DNA of 46,554 nucleotides, from positions 1-46,554 of the forward strand of contig JAJYLM010000001.1 of assembly GCA_021787655.1 (NCBI GenBank), in the 5' to 3' direction. The translations under genes and the position numbers were made by a program. The notes under the pieces were generated by a model. That model was not told the origin of the DNA. It searched no databases and saw only the letters and a list, made by a program, of their open reading frames with translations. Below are positions 43,238-46,554 of the stretch, in pieces; the first letter of the stretch is position 1; each line of letters starts with the position of its first letter. This DNA is from a bacterium (GTDB lineage Bacteria > JAMCPX01).

Positions 43238-46200
43238 ATGGAAGAAAAATCTGTCTTACAGCTCGATGCTGATTTGACGTTCCCCCACCTTTTTGTTCTG
43301 GATGCGTCGGCAGGATCCGGCAAGACCCACAACCTGGCCCTCCGCTTCATCCAGTTTCTGCTGTCCGATCGTATCCGGAACGACCACGCAAGAACGACGC
43401 TCGACAGCCTGCTTGCAATAACCTTTACCAATAAAGCTGCCAACGAGATGAAAGAACGCATCCTCAGGCAGATTAAACGCCTCGCCCTCGGCGACCGGGC
43501 AGCACTGACCGACGCCTGCAGCGTTATCAGCATGGATCCAGACGCGCTGCAAACGGCGGCGTACGGACTCGTTGACCAGATGATACGCCGGTACACGGAT
43601 TTCCAGGTACGCACAATCGACAGCTTTCTCAGAAGTATCATGGTGGCGTCCCTGCGCGAGACACGACTTCAGCCTGACTTTGAGATCGTCATGGATCCTG
43701 TACCCTTTATAGAATTCGCCGTCGACGACCTGCTCGCAAAGATTCAGACAGACCAGGGCATCAGAGAACTGCTGCTGAGGTTCCTCGACACCTACCTCCT
43801 GGTCGAAGATAAAACGAGCTTCTATCCCCGTACGGATATCATAAAAACCGTCAACAGCCTCAGATCACGGGAAAACAAGATGGGCAAACCTCTCGGGAGC
43901 GCGGGGACTGAACCCGGCGTGCTCAACGTGAAAAAAGAACACCTGCAGGCATCTGTTATCGACCTCTATGCATTGATCGAGCGGCATGGTATTATGCGCA
44001 ACCGGCAAAAAATGCCGGATAAGGATATTCTCCTCGGCAAGATCAGCAACAACGATTTTACCAACACGCTCTGGACAAAACCCGATGCAGGATACTTGCT
44101 GACAAAACAGAGCTTAAACCGTGAAGGGGCGCTGCAGGGCCTGTGGAACACGATCCGGGAACAACTTGCCGATCTCCTGGTTGCCTCCGACGGCAGCAGG
44201 TACAGCTCCTACCGCGATATCCTGTCTGCGATCATGAAGACCCTCGAAGACCAGTCCCTGATCAGGGGGGAGATCCTGGTGGATGACATCAACAAGTACG
44301 TCCGCGGGCTGATCGATGCCTGTTCGGTGCCCGAATTGTACTTCAATCTCGGCGAGAACATCGTCCATTACTTTATCGATGAATTCCAGGATACGGACAG
44401 GGCACAGTGGAACAATATCAGGGCACTCGTCATCGAGGCTCTTGCCAACGGCGGTTCCCTGTTCTACGTCGGCGACAAAAAACAGTCCCTCTACAGGTTC
44501 AAGGGCAGCGATGCAAGCCTGTTTGACGAGGTCCCTGACGACCTTGAAATACAAGCCATACTCAGGCAAACATATCGAAAAAACCTGAGTTCGAACTACC
44601 GATCAGATCCGGTTCTCGTCAGTTTTTTTAACGAGACATTCAGGCCTGAAGTCCTGAAAGGCCTCGGAACAGGGCACAACGGTGCCGTCAGCGCGAATAT
44701 AGAAGCATACCTCGGACATCTCATAGACGCCGTGTACACCGGTTCCCTGCAGACTGAGCAACCGCTGATGTCCCCCCGGGCGAGCGGGCATCTGCTGATC
44801 GAATATGTCCCTGCCGTGGACGATTCAGCACCTGCCGTTGATGAACAAGCTGACCGGACAGGGGATCAGGGATCCCCGGACGACGGAGATGCAGAAATCC
44901 GGCGGATTGCCGGGATTATTAAGGACCTGCATGACAGCGGTTCAGCCTATTCGGACATCGCCCTGCTCGTCCGGACAAATAAGGAGGCAAAGGCACTTTC
45001 GGGCACATTAAAACAGAACAGCATCCCTGTGCAGTCGGCGCAGGGGTTCGACATACGGGAACACTCCCTGATCCGCGAAACCATATCGTTTCTCATGTTC
45101 ATCAATAATCCCCAGGATGCCCTTTCATTCGCAGGATTTGTCTCCGGAGAGCTGTTTCTTGCATGCACCGGCATACAGCCTGACGCGGTGAACGACTGGC
45201 TGCTCCGGCAGCAGGGAAACCGTAACCTCTCTGTTGCGTTCAGACAATGGCAGCCCGGGCTCTGGGATGATCTGATACGGCCGCTGCTCAACGGCGTCGG
45301 GTATCTGCCGGCGTACGATATCGTTCATGAGTTCGCCAGGAAGCTGAGGGTCCGTGAAAACTTTGCAGGCGCTGTTGGGTTTTTCATGCACCTGCTCGGC
45401 ATGCTGAAACAGCGTGAAGCGCAGGGTGAAACCAACCTGGACAGTTTTCTTGAATACTGGACACAACGCCCGGAGGAAGATGCCGCCTTCTTCATACGCC
45501 TCTCTTCCGGGGACGCGGTGAACGTCCTCACCATCCATAAGTCGAAAGGGCTTGAATACCCTGTTGTTATTCTTCCATCGGCGTCGCTGACCCCGCCGAA
45601 GAACAGCACCCCGGACATGCTGGTCCTCGAGACCGGGGACAGCCTGACCCTGACTTCTACAAGCCCGGCGCACAGGGACATCCTCGCCAGTATAAATCCT
45701 GCAGACCCTTCTGTTGAAGCCTTCATCAAAGAACGCGCCCTCTCTATCCTCGATGAACTCAACGTTTTCTATGTTGCAGTAACCCGGGCACGCCAGGATC
45801 TCTCTATCTTCATCCGTGACAGGAAGGACCCGCTGTACACGTTGTTCGGGGAAAAGCTGGGACCTGCGGGGAAGTATGAGGAGGGAACACGCCCGGCAGC
45901 CAGGCCGCGGCAGCAGGCAGAAGAGGTGTTCCCGGACAAGCCCCCGGTTTCGACCCGCTGGCAGAACCATATTTTCATAAAACAACCGGACAGGGACAGC
46001 CTCGAGCATTACAACGAGGAAAAGCGGGGAGACATTTTCCATGCACTGCTTGCACAGATTCAGGTTGGCAATCCCGGTGAAAAGATCGCGGAGTTTTTCT
46101 CAGCCGTGACAGACGAGCGCACCAGGAACCAGGCAGGTGCTCTTGATGCTGCGGTGGCGACACTCTCGCTGCAGGATGTTCAGTCATGGTTCCATCCGGG

Positions 46201-46453
46201 ACCTTCAACCGTGGTGTTCACGGAAAAAGATGTGGTGAACGAAAAAGGCGAGACGAAGAGGATTGACAGGCTGGTTGTATCTCCGGACGAGGCGATCGTC
46301 ATCGACTACAAAACCGGCGGACATGGTGACAGGGAAAGCCACAAACAGCAGGTCCGCGAATATATGAATATCATAACCGGGATGTATCCCTCCCGGCACA
46401 CCAGGGGGTTTCTCGTGTATCTCGATCTCCGGACAATTGAAGAGGTAGGATAA
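43238..46453 (+). CDS. UvrD/Rep-family helicase fused to C-terminal PD-(D/E)XK nuclease (AddA/RecB-like)
   Basis: 1071 aa. Helicase motifs are I (ASAGSGKTH), II (IDEFQDTD), III (VGDKKQSLYRFKGSD) and VI (YVAVTRARQDL). The C-terminal nuclease motifs are GDIFHALL, RIDRLVV, IVIDYKTG and QVREY. Confidence 0.88.
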   Translation: MEEKSVLQLDADLTFPHLFVLDASAGSGKTHNLALRFIQFLLSDRIRNDHARTTLDSLLAITFTNKAANEMKERILRQIKRLALGDRAALTDACSVISMDPDALQTAAYGLVDQMIRRYTDFQVRTIDSFLRSIMVASLRETRLQPDFEIVMDPVPFIEFAVDDLLAKIQTDQGIRELLLRFLDTYLLVEDKTSFYPRTDIIKTVNSLRSRENKMGKPLGSAGTEPGVLNVKKEHLQASVIDLYALIERHGIMRNRQKMPDKDILLGKISNNDFTNTLWTKPDAGYLLTKQSLNREGALQGLWNTIREQLADLLVASDGSRYSSYRDILSAIMKTLEDQSLIRGEILVDDINKYVRGLIDACSVPELYFNLGENIVHYFIDEFQDTDRAQWNNIRALVIEALANGGSLFYVGDKKQSLYRFKGSDASLFDEVPDDLEIQAILRQTYRKNLSSNYRSDPVLVSFFNETFRPEVLKGLGTGHNGAVSANIEAYLGHLIDAVYTGSLQTEQPLMSPRASGHLLIEYVPAVDDSAPAVDEQADRTGDQGSPDDGDAEIRRIAGIIKDLHDSGSAYSDIALLVRTNKEAKALSGTLKQNSIPVQSAQGFDIREHSLIRETISFLMFINNPQDALSFAGFVSGELFLACTGIQPDAVNDWLLRQQGNRNLSVAFRQWQPGLWDDLIRPLLNGVGYLPAYDIVHEFARKLRVRENFAGAVGFFMHLLGMLKQREAQGETNLDSFLEYWTQRPEEDAAFFIRLSSGDAVNVLTIHKSKGLEYPVVILPSASLTPPKNSTPDMLVLETGDSLTLTSTSPAHRDILASINPADPSVEAFIKERALSILDELNVFYVAVTRARQDLSIFIRDRKDPLYTLFGEKLGPAGKYEEGTRPAARPRQQAEEVFPDKPPVSTRWQNHIFIKQPDRDSLEHYNEEKRGDIFHALLAQIQVGNPGEKIAEFFSAVTDERTRNQAGALDAAVATLSLQDVQSWFHPGPSTVVFTEKDVVNEKGETKRIDRLVVSPDEAIVIDYKTGGHGDRESHKQQVREYMNIITGMYPSRHTRGFLVYLDLRTIEEVG

Positions 46454-46479
46454 TCTTCGGATCTTTTCAGGCCAACGAG

Positions 46480-46508
46480 TTGACACTGTATGACGATGTA
46501 CGTATAGT
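46480..46508 (+). promoter_or_regulatory. sigma-70 promoter candidate, TTGACA-17-TATAGT
   Basis: The -35 TTGACA is at 46480-46485, followed by a 17-nt spacer and the -10 TATAGT at 46503-46508. The ATG at 46515 starts 7 nt after the -10, and there is no SD. Confidence 0.55.
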
Positions 46509-46514
46509 TGCCCC

Positions 46515-46554
46515 ATGAAACGATCGAAGAACAAGACTGCGATGCCGGACTCCT
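46515..46554 (+). CDS. 5' end of an unidentified gene (13 codons, MKRSKNKTAMPDS...)
   Basis: The ATG at 46515 lies 6 nt after a near-consensus -10 element (see the promoter feature). The frame is open to the window edge. The fragment is too short to identify. Confidence 0.3.
   Translation, partial: MKRSKNKTAMPDS

Noticed and set aside
42883-43641. 252-aa ORF on the minus strand spanning the SDR/helicase junction
   Set aside because: It overlaps two confidently called plus-strand genes. The sequence is low-complexity and Ser/Arg-rich, with no SD or domain.
45125-46042. 305-aa ORF on the minus strand, plus neighbouring 114-151-aa antisense ORFs
   Set aside because: It is antisense to the helicase-nuclease gene, whose motifs are intact and continuous. 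The translation is Arg/Pro/Leu-rich with no motifs.
1-46554. CRISPR arrays, tRNA or rRNA genes, insertion sequences, prophage or integrase genes
   Set aside because: No spaced repeat arrays, cloverleaf-compatible intergenic segments or transposase/integrase/phage-like ORFs were seen. The only exact tandem repeat is the 2 x 12 bp unit at 39459-39482.

Overview
46.5-kb chromosomal window, about 50% GC, from a diderm bacterium. Gene content and order resemble anaerobic Deltaproteobacteria- or Nitrospirota-like lineages, but that is inference only. I count about 40 tightly packed protein genes. I found no rRNA, tRNA, CRISPR array, transposase or integrase. Blocks, left to right: (1) a minus-strand accessory-looking locus: secreted protein fragment, FadH/OYE-type enoyl reductase, stand-alone ThiF/MoeB-like E1, a 405-bp non-coding island, two translationally coupled FadL/TodX-type outer-membrane channels, and a divergent MFS transporter. 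(2) Two adjacent paralogous ~1,090-aa regulators that join a MalT-type STAND ATPase and helical-repeat sensor to a C-terminal SARP module (winged helix + BTAD), bracketing a small lipoprotein gene. This is the most unusual element in the window. (3) Housekeeping genes rho-rpmE-prfA-prmC. (4) A beta-barrel/LytR_C fusion protein, a HAD phosphatase and pfkA. (5) A seven-gene nucleotide-sugar operon (lipoprotein-rfbA-rfbC-rfbB-rfbD-ugd-uxs). (6) glyQ-glyS-ppdK, where the PPDK carries a CxxC-x9-CxxC insertion. (7) A permease-less regulatory PTS operon, hpf-hprK(short)-rapZ-EIIA(Man)-ptsH-ptsI-mce. (8) A receiver-only response regulator behind a near-consensus sigma-54 promoter and a 12-bp tandem repeat. 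(9) An envelope glycosylation group: ICMT-like methyltransferase, GT39/ArnT-like transferase, gmhA and an SDR. (10) An AddA/RecB-like helicase-nuclease. All calls come from reading the translations and the DNA by eye. No database search was run.
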